From Candidatus Poribacteria bacterium (GTDB lineage: Bacteria; Poribacteria; WGA-4E; JAJDTR01), in contig OZ240209.1 of NCBI GenBank assembly GCA_965197465.1, positions 948,713-1,012,712 on the forward strand: a stretch of DNA of 64,000 nt, in the 5' to 3' direction. Every line of letters begins with the position of its first letter. The stretch's first letter is position 1. Under the pieces are notes generated by a model. That model was not told the DNA's origin. It did not search any database and worked only from the letters and a program-made list of their open reading frames with translations. Below, piece by piece: positions 18,664 to 27,850 of the stretch. Position numbers and translations under genes: made by a program.

Positions 18664-19293
18664 TCACTCGCAAGACGTGCTTGCCCACAATGAGCCACGT
18701 TGTAGAAGTGTGCCGAACATCTCATGGCGGCATGCGGCAGCATCATGACCGAGTGCAAGATAGAACACGCGCCCTTCACCCCAATCCTTTGTCCACACAA
18801 CAGGCATCGCGCGTCCCTGCCATAGGGCGGATGCCAAGACATTTACTCGTGGATCGTAGTCTACAATGTACTGCTCATCCGTCACCATAAATTCTACAAT
18901 TCCTTCGGTGATTGGATGCTCCTCGTCGACGACATTCACCTGATAGTCGCGGTAGCGCGGGTGCGTAACAAAATGCCCACCGACCATTGCACGATATTCC
19001 GGACACCCGCGAAACGAATCAGCTGCCGAATGGACACCGACAAAACCTTTTCCCGAGGCAATATGGTTTAGTAGTCCGTTTTTTTGCGTGTCCGTGATTT
19101 CACCTATCGTATAGTAAAAGACAATTAGATCGTAACTGTCCAGATTCGGCGAGATTAGTGCGTCAAGATTTTCATCAACTCTTGTGATTTGGAACTCTTC
19201 GCATTCGGACAGGGATTTGATTATTTCGTCGCCACAGCCCTTCCAGTCATGAATTTCGCCACCGCAAAACACGAGCGTGTTTATCTTTTCCAT
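18664..19293 (-). CDS. ThuA domain-containing protein
   Basis: 209-aa ORF. LVFCGGEIHDW..., GKGFVGVHSAADSF and GGHFVTHP match the ThuA (trehalose-utilisation-like, class I glutamine amidotransferase-like fold) family. Confidence 0.7.
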   Translation of the reverse strand: MEKINTLVFCGGEIHDWKGCGDEIIKSLSECEEFQITRVDENLDALISPNLDSYDLIVFYYTIGEITDTQKNGLLNHIASGKGFVGVHSAADSFRGCPEYRAMVGGHFVTHPRYRDYQVNVVDEEHPITEGIVEFMVTDEQYIVDYDPRVNVLASALWQGRAMPVVWTKDWGEGRVFYLALGHDAAACRHEMFGTLLQRGSLWASTSCE

Positions 19294-19595
19294 ATTGTCT
19301 ACACCTCATTACCTCATTGAGCGTTGAGTTTGACCGCATTATATCATAATGACGGCAAAAACACAAGTCAACATCAATTGCTATTCCAGGCAATTACATC
19401 TGAATTTTGGTTGTGAATGCATCATTCACCTCGCTCTAGGTTGAGAAGAAGAGCGAAGAAAATCAATGACTTGATAATCAAGATTCCACAGGTATGGAAG
19501 GAAGAACCCCGTTTTCAAGAGAAAACTGTGTTGCATCTCGGCGAGTTGGGGAGAATTCTATCATACCGGGAGCTCTATCGCGCGGGATTTTCTAT

Positions 19596-19668
19596 GGGAT
19601 TTCTATCGCGTTCCTTATTCAGTCACTTGAGGGAATCTCTATCGCGTTCCCTATTCAGTCACTTGATC
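19596..19668. repeat. Two abutting copies of the dispersed 36-39-nt sub-repeat (GGGAT[TC]TCTATCGC-N-TTATTCA-N-CTTGATCC)
   Basis: gggatttctatcgcgttccttattcagtcacttgag is directly followed by ggaatctctatcgcgttccctattcagtcacttgatcc. The same unit recurs at 20995..21047, 29644..29682 (reverse), 55148..55225 and inside the MITE-like elements at 11.2 and 31.3 kb. Confidence 0.75.
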
Positions 19669-19856
19669 CTGTTAGGTCGGTTGATCGCCATTTGCTCGCT
19701 TGATTGTCTAGAATACCGTGCGATTGCCCTGCAGAATCTGTGACAGGCTATTGTACTAAATGGTGTAGAGATGGTATACTTTAAGATACAACGAGTCCAG
19801 GACGAGTCCAGGTTAGACCTTGCGAACGGATTGTTAAACTCAATTCCGAAACGGGG

Positions 19857-20846
19857 ATGTTGAAAACAATGCAACAGAGACACAGACGAGCATTGGTGGT
19901 TTTCGGTATTCTTTCGGTGCCAAGTTTGACGCTGCTCATGATGTTGGCTGCTCATGGACAAGCTCCGAGAGTGCGCAAGATTACGTTTGTCTCTAATAGA
20001 GATGGGAACAATGAGATCTACGTAATGAATGCCAACGGCAGGAACCCTCGAAGGCTTACGAATAATGATGCGGCTGACCGCACGCCGGCCTGGTCTCCCA
20101 ATGGTCAACGCATAGCATTTACCTCAGATAGAGATGGAAAAGGCCTCATTGAAATCTACATCATGGACGCTGATGGCAACAATCCTCGAAAGCTAACCGA
20201 CTCAATTGGAATCAACACGAATCCGTCATGGTCGCCCGGCGGGTCGAAGATTGTATTTCAATCAAGTAGGGATAGGAACAACGAGATCTACATACTGGAT
20301 CTTGACGACAAAAACACGCTCAACCTCACTAACAGTGACGACAGCGACGGAATGCCATCATGGTCTCCTGATGGACACAGGATTGTTTTTCACTCGAAGA
20401 GAGGACTGAATCTTGACATTTACGTGATGGATACCGAAGGACGCAACGAGAGACGGCTAACGGAAAACGCCGCTACAGACGACTCAGCTTCGTGGTCTGC
20501 GGACGGAGAAAAGATAAGCTTTCGCACGAGACGTGACGGCAATAACGAAATCTACGTTATGTCCCATGACGGCAAGAAGAAGCACAATCTTTCGAACAAT
20601 CCGGCGAGCGACGACTCTCCTTCTTGGTCTCCGGATGGAACAAAGATTATCTTCTCGTCAATGAGAGACGGCAATAACGAAATTTACGTGATGGACGAAG
20701 ACGGTAGAAATGTGAAAAGGCTTACAGAAAACAAGCAGAATGATAGTGATCCTGACTGGTATGACTCGCAGTTTGCGCGTGACGTTTCGCCAACCGAAAA
20801 ACAGCGTACAACGTGGGGATGGCTAAAACGGTACGTCGGACATTAA
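19857..20846 (+). CDS. Secreted TolB-like PD40 (WD40-like) beta-propeller repeat protein
   Basis: 329-aa ORF with a signal-like N-terminus. It has about 6 repeats of NNEIYVM[ND].dG.N.rrLT.N...D..PsWSPDG..I.F.S.RDG. The C-terminus is ...EKQRTTWGWLKRYVGH. Confidence 0.8.
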   Translation: MLKTMQQRHRRALVVFGILSVPSLTLLMMLAAHGQAPRVRKITFVSNRDGNNEIYVMNANGRNPRRLTNNDAADRTPAWSPNGQRIAFTSDRDGKGLIEIYIMDADGNNPRKLTDSIGINTNPSWSPGGSKIVFQSSRDRNNEIYILDLDDKNTLNLTNSDDSDGMPSWSPDGHRIVFHSKRGLNLDIYVMDTEGRNERRLTENAATDDSASWSADGEKISFRTRRDGNNEIYVMSHDGKKKHNLSNNPASDDSPSWSPDGTKIIFSSMRDGNNEIYVMDEDGRNVKRLTENKQNDSDPDWYDSQFARDVSPTEKQRTTWGWLKRYVGH

Positions 20847-20994
20847 CACCATTCAGGCTTATGAATTGCGAGAGTCACAAAACGGAGTCGCGATTCGGAG
20901 ATCGCTCCTACAGTTGACGAAGCGTTGGGTTTCACTCGAATTACCTACGTTTTCGGACGGAATGAAACATCGGAAGTCTTCTTTCCGTGCACAC

Positions 20995-21047
20995 GATTTC
21001 TATCGCGCGAAGATCTCTATCGCCTTCGTTATTCACTCAGTTGATCC
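20995..21047. repeat. Sub-repeat copy abutting the stop codon of the LamG gene
   Basis: gatttctatcgcgcgaagatctctatcgccttcgttattcactcagttgatcc. An upstream REP-like fragment ggagtcgcgattcggagatcgctcctacag (about 20886..20914) matches 11055..11085. Confidence 0.6.
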
Positions 21048-21970
21048 TACCGAGATTTCAGATCGCCCCACGTTATGGCTAGTTTGTTACGGGGGGCAAC
21101 TGCCAGACCAAGAAGTCCCACCGATTTGGATTCCAAACCCTCATTCATTAGAATCTTGAGATCAGCTACGCTCAATGCTTGGGCGGTAATGATGATGTCG
21201 TCGATCCATCCGGGAAACCAATTTCCGTCGCCGCCCGCCAAACCGCCCCCAGGACCGCCCCCTGCGATTCCGCAGCCGCCGATGTAGGTTGGATTTTTGG
21301 AACTTCCGTAGTGAATTAGGTCGCCGAGCTTTGGCAGATTCTTAACCTTCTTCAAGGCGCCGCGCCTGGCGTTACGGTAAATCGTAAACTGGTTTGTGTC
21401 GCCGACGACTGCCATGTGAACAAAACTGCCTTCGTCCGTCCACTGATTATCGCCACCGCTCGGAAGTTTCATAATGGTGGATACAGGCTTCAAGATATTC
21501 ACACCGCCGCGCCTCTCCGTAGTTGACGGAAACGTCAACACGGCATTAGAAGCAGGTCGATCGTTATACCACTCAAATACATTGGCTTGCTCAATAAAGG
21601 TTTCATTCGTGGCAGGTTTTCCCCACTTCTTGTGGTCTACCCTATTGAACCACCCGGCGGCGGTAAACTCTGTCAGCTCATTCATCAACGGTTTTCCAGG
21701 ATCTAGACACGTATCGGCTCCGACGGCAAGTTCAACCGCGCTGCCAAACTTTCCTTCTTCAATGAACTTGAACCTTCTGCCTCTCGGAGGTTTGGCATGG
21801 TTTCGATTGCCAGACCAGTCGCGTATCAAATCGTCGGCATCGTCCTCAAAGGTGTATGCCACGATAACTTTGCTCGGGTCAATCTCGCCAAAACTTTGAC
21901 TCATGGGTACAAGACCAATCCCAGCCAAAACAAGACAGATTAGAATTAACTGTGGCACAAATTTTATCAT
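21047..21970 (-). CDS. Secreted LamG/concanavalin-A-like lectin domain protein (paralog 1)
   Basis: 307-aa ORF with a signal peptide (LILICLVLAGIGLVPMS). LTEFTAAGWF, FVHMAVV, TIYRNA and WFPGWIDDIIIT are typical of Laminin_G_3-type jelly rolls. The C-terminus is LAVAPRNKLAITWGDLKSR. Confidence 0.65.
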   Translation of the reverse strand: MIKFVPQLILICLVLAGIGLVPMSQSFGEIDPSKVIVAYTFEDDADDLIRDWSGNRNHAKPPRGRRFKFIEEGKFGSAVELAVGADTCLDPGKPLMNELTEFTAAGWFNRVDHKKWGKPATNETFIEQANVFEWYNDRPASNAVLTFPSTTERRGGVNILKPVSTIMKLPSGGDNQWTDEGSFVHMAVVGDTNQFTIYRNARRGALKKVKNLPKLGDLIHYGSSKNPTYIGGCGIAGGGPGGGLAGGDGNWFPGWIDDIIITAQALSVADLKILMNEGLESKSVGLLGLAVAPRNKLAITWGDLKSR

Positions 21971-22145
21971 TGCAATCCCTTACTGTTGAACAATTGGGGT
22001 TGACGTCACATTCAGACAATCACAAATCATAGGTTACATAGCGCCGTCTTGCAACACACCGCTCCTGAAACATGACGAGTTGTGAACCTAGGTATGCCTG
22101 CTCTTCCTCACTCGCCTTGTGACTTGATGCGACGCTACTGTATTT

Positions 22146-23033
22146 CTAGTATTGTCTTTTCAGCCCACCCCATGTCGTAGCGAGTTTGCCGCCAGGTTTC
22201 ACAGCCAAACCGATAAGGGGTAACGATGTTAATCCGTTGTTCATAATCGCTTTGACATCCGCCAATTCAAGGGCTTCGCCAAAAATTGCTACCTCATCCA
22301 GAAGGCCAGGGAACCAATTGCCATCTCCCTGCCCGCCCAAATTTGCAGCCACGCCACAGCCGCCGATGTACGTGTTATTCCCAGACTTTCCAAAGTGGAC
22401 TACCTCTCCACCCTCTAGCTTGTTAAGGCGTTTCTTGGATACAAGCCTCCCATTGCGGTAAACGGTCATCTGAGATTTGTCCGCAATGACCGCCATATGA
22501 ACAAACGTGCCTTCGTCATCCCACTTATTATCAAGCCCCGGTAACTTGGAAATAGCTTGGACGGGTTTAAGCGCGTCGGGCTTCTTCTGAGTTCGAGGGA
22601 AAACCAGCAGTGCATTTGAACTCCGCCTATTGTTATACCACTCTATCACATTGCTCTGCTCAATGAATGTCTCATAACCACCCCAAGGCGGTCCCGGATC
22701 TCTATTGAACCAACCGACGAGCGTGAACTCCGTGAGTTCATTCAACAACGGTTTTCCCAGATCGAGACATACCTTCTTCCCAAATTCAAGTTCAACCGCG
22801 CTGCCAAACTTTCCCTCGTCAACGAATCTGAACGACTTTCCCTTATTGGGCTCAGCGTGGTTGCGTTTTCCTGACCAATCTCTAATCAGGTCTTTAACAT
22901 CCGGATCATCAAAAAGGAAAGCGGCGATAACCTTACTTGGATCGATTTCGGCGGAACTTACACCGGTGAATACAAGACCCATGCTAATTAAACCAACACA
23001 AATTAAGATGGTCAATGATAGCAACGTTTTCAT
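22146..23033 (-). CDS. Secreted LamG/concanavalin-A-like lectin domain protein (paralog 2)
   Basis: 295-aa ORF, clearly paralogous to 21047..21970 (IDPSKVIAA.F.DD..DLIRDWSG.RNHA....G..F.F..EGKFGSAVEL...). The C-terminus is LAVKPGGKLATTWGGLKRQY. Confidence 0.65.
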   Translation of the reverse strand: MKTLLSLTILICVGLISMGLVFTGVSSAEIDPSKVIAAFLFDDPDVKDLIRDWSGKRNHAEPNKGKSFRFVDEGKFGSAVELEFGKKVCLDLGKPLLNELTEFTLVGWFNRDPGPPWGGYETFIEQSNVIEWYNNRRSSNALLVFPRTQKKPDALKPVQAISKLPGLDNKWDDEGTFVHMAVIADKSQMTVYRNGRLVSKKRLNKLEGGEVVHFGKSGNNTYIGGCGVAANLGGQGDGNWFPGLLDEVAIFGEALELADVKAIMNNGLTSLPLIGLAVKPGGKLATTWGGLKRQY

Positions 23034-23508
23034 TGTAATTGCCTCACTTTCTGTTGGGTAGAAGTTGAATTACATGCAATCTTGTGTGAACATTCCGAAC
23101 TAATTAACCCAATGCGGACGATGAGAAACACGGTTGTTTCAGGCCTGAAAGTTTTCTCCAAGGATGGATTAACCCCGGCCAGGAACTTAATGATTTAGCG
23201 AGGCGGCATATTCAGGCAGCGGTTCGCCCCCGAAGGTAAAGACATCGGTGAGAAACCCAGTGTTTCATTGGAACGTTTGCCACGAAATACACATCGACCC
23301 GGCTTACGCGAATCTCATCCATCGCAAAAATCAAAAAACTCGGTCTATGTCTTGTTCCATAGCAAAAATCAAAAAAGCAGGAGAACAAACCACCCCGGAT
23401 GTGAGCCCAAAGAGTAATTCGCCTCCTGCTTTTTTCAGGTGACTTTCTAAGTTATGTATGAAGCGCGAAATGTTCAAACGCAGGTTTGGTGCGCTTCAAA
23501 CGGGCGAT

Positions 23509-24591
23509 CTACTTGGAAGTTTTGAGATCTCCCCAGGTGGTGGATAACTTACTCTGTGAGTCGACGGCTGTACCGCCGCTTGGGTCATCGTCAATCGTGA
23601 CAAAGTCAACGATACTATTTCCCAAACTCTCTTGCCAGACACCAACGCCGCCGGAGGTGTAAACGGGATCATCGCCTCTTGGGCTCCAATCAAGCAAGGG
23701 AGCGTCGGTATTTGCATCGTAAGATCCTTTTTCGCCATACCAGACACGGATGTTGTCGCCGTCGACCGCGATTTCTCCGCGCATCACATGGGCATTGTCC
23801 TGGGGCAGTCCACCGCGTCCATCACCCGGATTAAGTGCTCCAGAATTGACACCGGCGACCATGATTCCAGCGTCAAACATCATCACATGTTCAAGCGATC
23901 TGGTGTCTGGATTCGCCGGAACATCGGGGCCGCCGAGTCCCGTATCACAATGATGGTTATCCTCTTCGCCCTCCGTAACTTGACCGTCGCCATTTAGGTC
24001 GGTTCCGCGACCCTGGAAGAGGAAATCCGGGCTACAATCGAAGTTTAAGCAGCAGCCGGGTATGGCGCAGCCTTCCGCAATATCAATGATCGCGACGGAG
24101 GCGGTCTCATTGTATCCAAACGTGACTTGGTAACCCGTTCCCCAAGTTTCCGGGTGATGATTGTTCGGGAACTCATTCCATGCGAAGTCAAATGCCTCTC
24201 CCTGTTGTTGCCGCAGCGTAATGCCGACGCTGTCATCGTCACCCATTGAGAACTCCATAACGATTCTGCCATCGGCAAACACGTGGTCGGTCGGTACTTG
24301 CATCACGCCCGACTGCTTGCAACCTTCGCCAAGACGATAAAGCACAAGGCCTCTTGCCGGATCCATGTTCTTGAATTTGTCATTAGTTGGATCTATCAGA
24401 TTCTCGATGGTATCAATTATCCAGATGGAGTCAGGGTTTTCAGAACCATCATTCCAGGCGTCCTCGTCATTGGCATTTGCACCAACCGGGTTGTCGGCAT
24501 CCGGTCCATGGAATACAACCGTTGCTTGCGCTTGAACGAAGATCATGAGTGATAGCATGGTGACGAAGAGGAGGAATTTTACAATGTTCAT
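23509..24591 (-). CDS. Secreted protein of unknown function (possible interrupted jelly-roll); carries the same C-terminal motif
   Basis: 360-aa ORF with a signal peptide (LLFVTMLSLMIFVQAQA). It has an acidic/Gly-rich insert with several Cys (CAIPGCCLNFDC). The C-terminus is VDSQSKLSTTWGDLKTSK. Confidence 0.5.
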   Translation of the reverse strand: MNIVKFLLFVTMLSLMIFVQAQATVVFHGPDADNPVGANANDEDAWNDGSENPDSIWIIDTIENLIDPTNDKFKNMDPARGLVLYRLGEGCKQSGVMQVPTDHVFADGRIVMEFSMGDDDSVGITLRQQQGEAFDFAWNEFPNNHHPETWGTGYQVTFGYNETASVAIIDIAEGCAIPGCCLNFDCSPDFLFQGRGTDLNGDGQVTEGEEDNHHCDTGLGGPDVPANPDTRSLEHVMMFDAGIMVAGVNSGALNPGDGRGGLPQDNAHVMRGEIAVDGDNIRVWYGEKGSYDANTDAPLLDWSPRGDDPVYTSGGVGVWQESLGNSIVDFVTIDDDPSGGTAVDSQSKLSTTWGDLKTSK

Positions 24592-24822
24592 GTGTTATAT
24601 CTCCTATGAGTTGTTTATCATGTTGTTTCGAGCACGAGTGAGGAAGAATAAGGTCCCATCCTCGTATGACAGGTAATTTTCACTGGGTTACATTGTTATG
24701 TGCAGACATACATAATCCAAACAAAAACCATTATATGCTAAGTCCAAATCCTTGTCAAGCCTAAAATCAGATCTATTCGTCCTCCGAATTTTCCCGTTTT
24801 TGACATTTACAGGTGAACCGTG

Positions 24823-26733
24823 TCATCGAACCCTCGTACCGGGAGCTACCTGCTTGTCAAACGTTCCCAGTACAAGATCTTTCTCTCCAGCGGCAGCCAA
24901 TACCATACCCTGTGACTCAATCCCACGAATCTTGGCAGGCTGCAAGTTCACCACCAAAATAACCTGCTTTCCCACTAGCTCATCTGGCCCGTAATGCTCG
25001 GCAATACCTGCAACCACCTGGCGTTTCTCGTCGCCAAGGTCGACATGCAATTTCAGCAGTTTATCCGCCTGAGGGATTTTCTCGGCTTCAACAATCGTGG
25101 CAACGCGGAGGTCGAGATTCTGAAATTCCTCAATTGAGATTGAGCAGATTTCCTCAGCCTGCGGCGCCTGGGCGGCAGAGGCCTTATCCGGCGTCTTCTG
25201 CTTTTTCGAATCTATCCGTGGGAAAATTGGCTCTGGTTTGCCAATACCGCGTCCTGATTGTAATCCGCCCCACGCTGTAATCGTGTCCAACCCCTGAACC
25301 TCGGAGGAATCATCAAGTCCGATTTGGCGGCAGATTCGGCTTGCCGTGGCGGGCATAAACGGCGAAATCAACACTGCGATTACCCTCAAAGCTTCCATAC
25401 TATTATAGAGTATGGTTCCCATACGGCTTTTTGTTTCTTCCGATTTTGCAAGCGTCCACACCTGCGTTTGATGAATGTAGCGATTCACGCGTCGAACAAA
25501 CTCCCAAATCTCCTCCAACGCCATATCGAAATGCAACTGATTCATCAGGGTATCGACCTTGGAAACCGTTTCCTGAGCCATCTGTATGACTTCATTGTCT
25601 AAGCTGTCCGATGTGGACGGTTCGGGAATCGCGTCAAAATTCTTGGACACAAGACCAAGTGTCCGGTTTAGCAGATTTCCAAGGTCGTTTGCAAGGTCTG
25701 CATTGTAACGCGCATGAAGGCGGTTTGGTCGGTAGTCTCCATCGTTTCCGAAACTGAATTCACGTAGTAGGTAGTATCGGAATGCATCTAGCCCATACCT
25801 TGCTATGTCGGTATCCATATCAATAAAGATACCACGCGTCTTACTCAAGGCTTCTCCATCTTTTGTTAACCATCCATGAGCCACGACGTGTTTCGGGAGA
25901 GGTAGATCGACTGCCATGAGCATGGCGGGCCAGATTATCGCGTGAAAGCGAGAGATGTCTTTCGCCATCAAGTGAACATCGGCGGGCCAGAATGTTTGAA
26001 AGCGCCTCTCACTTCCGGCATAACCTAGTGCGGTAACATAGTTGCTCAAAGCCTCAATCCACACATAAGAGATATGCTCGGTATCAAACGGAAGGGGAAT
26101 ACCCCAAGAGACAGACGCACGTGAGATGCTCACGTCTTCCAACCCTGACTCTAACACGCTTAGTATCTCGTTACAGCGGGCCGTCGGTTGGATAAATTCA
26201 GGGTTATCATGAATATGCTTAATCAACGGAGCCTGATATTTTGATAGCGCAAAGAAATAGTTGTCTTCCTCTACCCATTCCAGGTGTAATTTGTGGATTG
26301 GACAGATTTTGTCCTCCCCCTGCTCCTTCTCGGTGAAAAAACGTTCGCACGGACGACAGTAGTATCCTTCATATTTGCCTTTGTATATATCCCCCGTTTG
26401 GTAAAGCGTGTTAAGAAACTTTGTTACGCCGCTCTTGTGCAATTCGCTTGTTGTACGCAGAAAGATATCGTAAGAGATATTTAATCTTTTCCAAAGGGAC
26501 GTAAATGTCGGAGTAACCTGATCGCAGTAGGCTTGTGGGGAAATTCTGTTCTGGTCGGCAACTTTTTGGATATTTTCCCCATGCTCATCCACGCCCGTCA
26601 GGAAGAACACATCGTCTCCCTTGAGACGGTGGTATCTTGCCAGCACATCAGCAGCAATCGTCGTATACGCATGTCCAGCGTGCGGTTCGGCGTTAACATA
26701 GTAAATCGGTGTCGTAATGTAGAATTTGCTCAT
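24823..26733 (-). CDS. metG: Methionine--tRNA ligase (with C-terminal tRNA-binding EMAP/Trbp111-like domain)
   Basis: 636-aa ORF. It has the HIGH-type motif (PHAGHAYT) and the KMSKS-type motif (ALSKTRG). The C-terminal segment is IVEAEKIPQADKLLKLHVDLG. Confidence 0.95.
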   Translation of the reverse strand: MSKFYITTPIYYVNAEPHAGHAYTTIAADVLARYHRLKGDDVFFLTGVDEHGENIQKVADQNRISPQAYCDQVTPTFTSLWKRLNISYDIFLRTTSELHKSGVTKFLNTLYQTGDIYKGKYEGYYCRPCERFFTEKEQGEDKICPIHKLHLEWVEEDNYFFALSKYQAPLIKHIHDNPEFIQPTARCNEILSVLESGLEDVSISRASVSWGIPLPFDTEHISYVWIEALSNYVTALGYAGSERRFQTFWPADVHLMAKDISRFHAIIWPAMLMAVDLPLPKHVVAHGWLTKDGEALSKTRGIFIDMDTDIARYGLDAFRYYLLREFSFGNDGDYRPNRLHARYNADLANDLGNLLNRTLGLVSKNFDAIPEPSTSDSLDNEVIQMAQETVSKVDTLMNQLHFDMALEEIWEFVRRVNRYIHQTQVWTLAKSEETKSRMGTILYNSMEALRVIAVLISPFMPATASRICRQIGLDDSSEVQGLDTITAWGGLQSGRGIGKPEPIFPRIDSKKQKTPDKASAAQAPQAEEICSISIEEFQNLDLRVATIVEAEKIPQADKLLKLHVDLGDEKRQVVAGIAEHYGPDELVGKQVILVVNLQPAKIRGIESQGMVLAAAGEKDLVLGTFDKQVAPGTRVR

Positions 26734-26757
26734 GGTTTAGCGTTCTTCCCCTTAGGT

Positions 26758-27732
26758 TCAATCGATCATCAGCTTCAGGGTCATTACCTCTAATGCCAGC
26801 GTCGCATTGATGTTGCGGCCGAGTGCATTTTTTGTCTCGAAAATAATCTTGATTGCCGACTGAAGACGGTATCGCGAATAGCGCGGAACAAGGTGTTTGA
26901 GTGCATCAACATGGTAGATGTGCGTCAGTAGATCGGTAGGTGCATTCTGATGTAAGAGCAACAGATCACGGTACCACGTCACAAGGTTATCCAACTCGTC
27001 TGGGTTCTCGCTAAAGTGTTCAGCAATCCGAAAGGCAGCAAGCCTATCCGTCCCCGTAAGGATTTCAGGAATCTCTTCATCCACATGTTGATTTGCCTCA
27101 AATTCTTCTGCATCGTGGGATTTAAGATGAGTCAAAGCCTTGCCAATTGCGCCACCGGCAAGTGTGGCAACGGACAACGCTTCACGCTCTCCAAGATGAA
27201 ACCGCTCATTCAAATAAACTGCCAATTCATTGGGTGGCAGCGGATTAAACTTAATAATTTGGCATCGCGAGCGGATTGTCGGGAGCAGTGCGTCAAGATT
27301 GGCGGTCAGCAGTATCAGCACAGATTCGGCAGGTGGCTCTTCAAGCGTTTTGAGAAGGCAATTCGCGGCTTCCAAATTCATGCGTTCCGCCTCTCTCAGA
27401 ATAACAATCTTGCGCATCCCTTCAAGCGGTCGGTAGACAATGCGTTTTTGCAGTTCGCGAATCTGATCAATTCTTATCCACGCTCCGGATGGGCTAACGA
27501 CTTGTGTATCAGGGTGATTTCCGACATCGGTTTTACGGCAGGAGATGCAGGTGCCGCACGCGTTATCACCAGATTCGAGACAATTGATTGATTTCGCGAA
27601 ATGGATTGCAATTGCTTCCTTGCCCACGCCAGTAGCACCGGCGAATAGGTATGCTCCCGCAATGCGGTTCGATTGAATCGCATGGTGAAGTTGAGTGATT
27701 ATCTGTTCGTGGCCAACAATTGGCTGTTCCAT
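26758..27732 (-). CDS. holB: DNA polymerase III subunit delta-prime
   Basis: 324-aa ORF. Motifs are the degenerate P-loop GAYLFAGATGVGKEAIA, the zinc module CGTCISC, LKTLEEPP and SRCQ. Confidence 0.85.
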   Translation of the reverse strand: MEQPIVGHEQIITQLHHAIQSNRIAGAYLFAGATGVGKEAIAIHFAKSINCLESGDNACGTCISCRKTDVGNHPDTQVVSPSGAWIRIDQIRELQKRIVYRPLEGMRKIVILREAERMNLEAANCLLKTLEEPPAESVLILLTANLDALLPTIRSRCQIIKFNPLPPNELAVYLNERFHLGEREALSVATLAGGAIGKALTHLKSHDAEEFEANQHVDEEIPEILTGTDRLAAFRIAEHFSENPDELDNLVTWYRDLLLLHQNAPTDLLTHIYHVDALKHLVPRYSRYRLQSAIKIIFETKNALGRNINATLALEVMTLKLMID

Positions 27733-27850
27733 AGTTCATTAAAGCAAGAATAATATCTGTCGACAGCGCTTGATATTCCCCGTTTACTCTTCGGTAAGGA
27801 AAATTGTCTTCAAACATCGGCCAAGAGCCACGGTACAATGTTGGACGACT

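Noticed and set aside
19417-19743. Plus-strand ORFs of 108 aa and 69 aa, and a possible CRISPR-like array, in the repeat region
   Set aside because: The ORFs are only translations of the 36-nt sub-repeats (repetitive peptide ...FLSRSLFSHL...SRSLFSHL...). There are just two abutting repeat units with no unique spacers and no cas genes, so this is neither a gene nor a CRISPR array.
27016-27591. Long antisense ORFs inside well-supported genes, for example 27016..27591, 30744..31319, 40612..41130, 46979..47542, 49402..49935, 55764..56498 and 16437..16958
   Set aside because: Each is fully embedded opposite a gene with strong family signatures and has low-complexity or Arg/Ser-rich composition, as is typical of shadow ORFs in ~50% G+C DNA.
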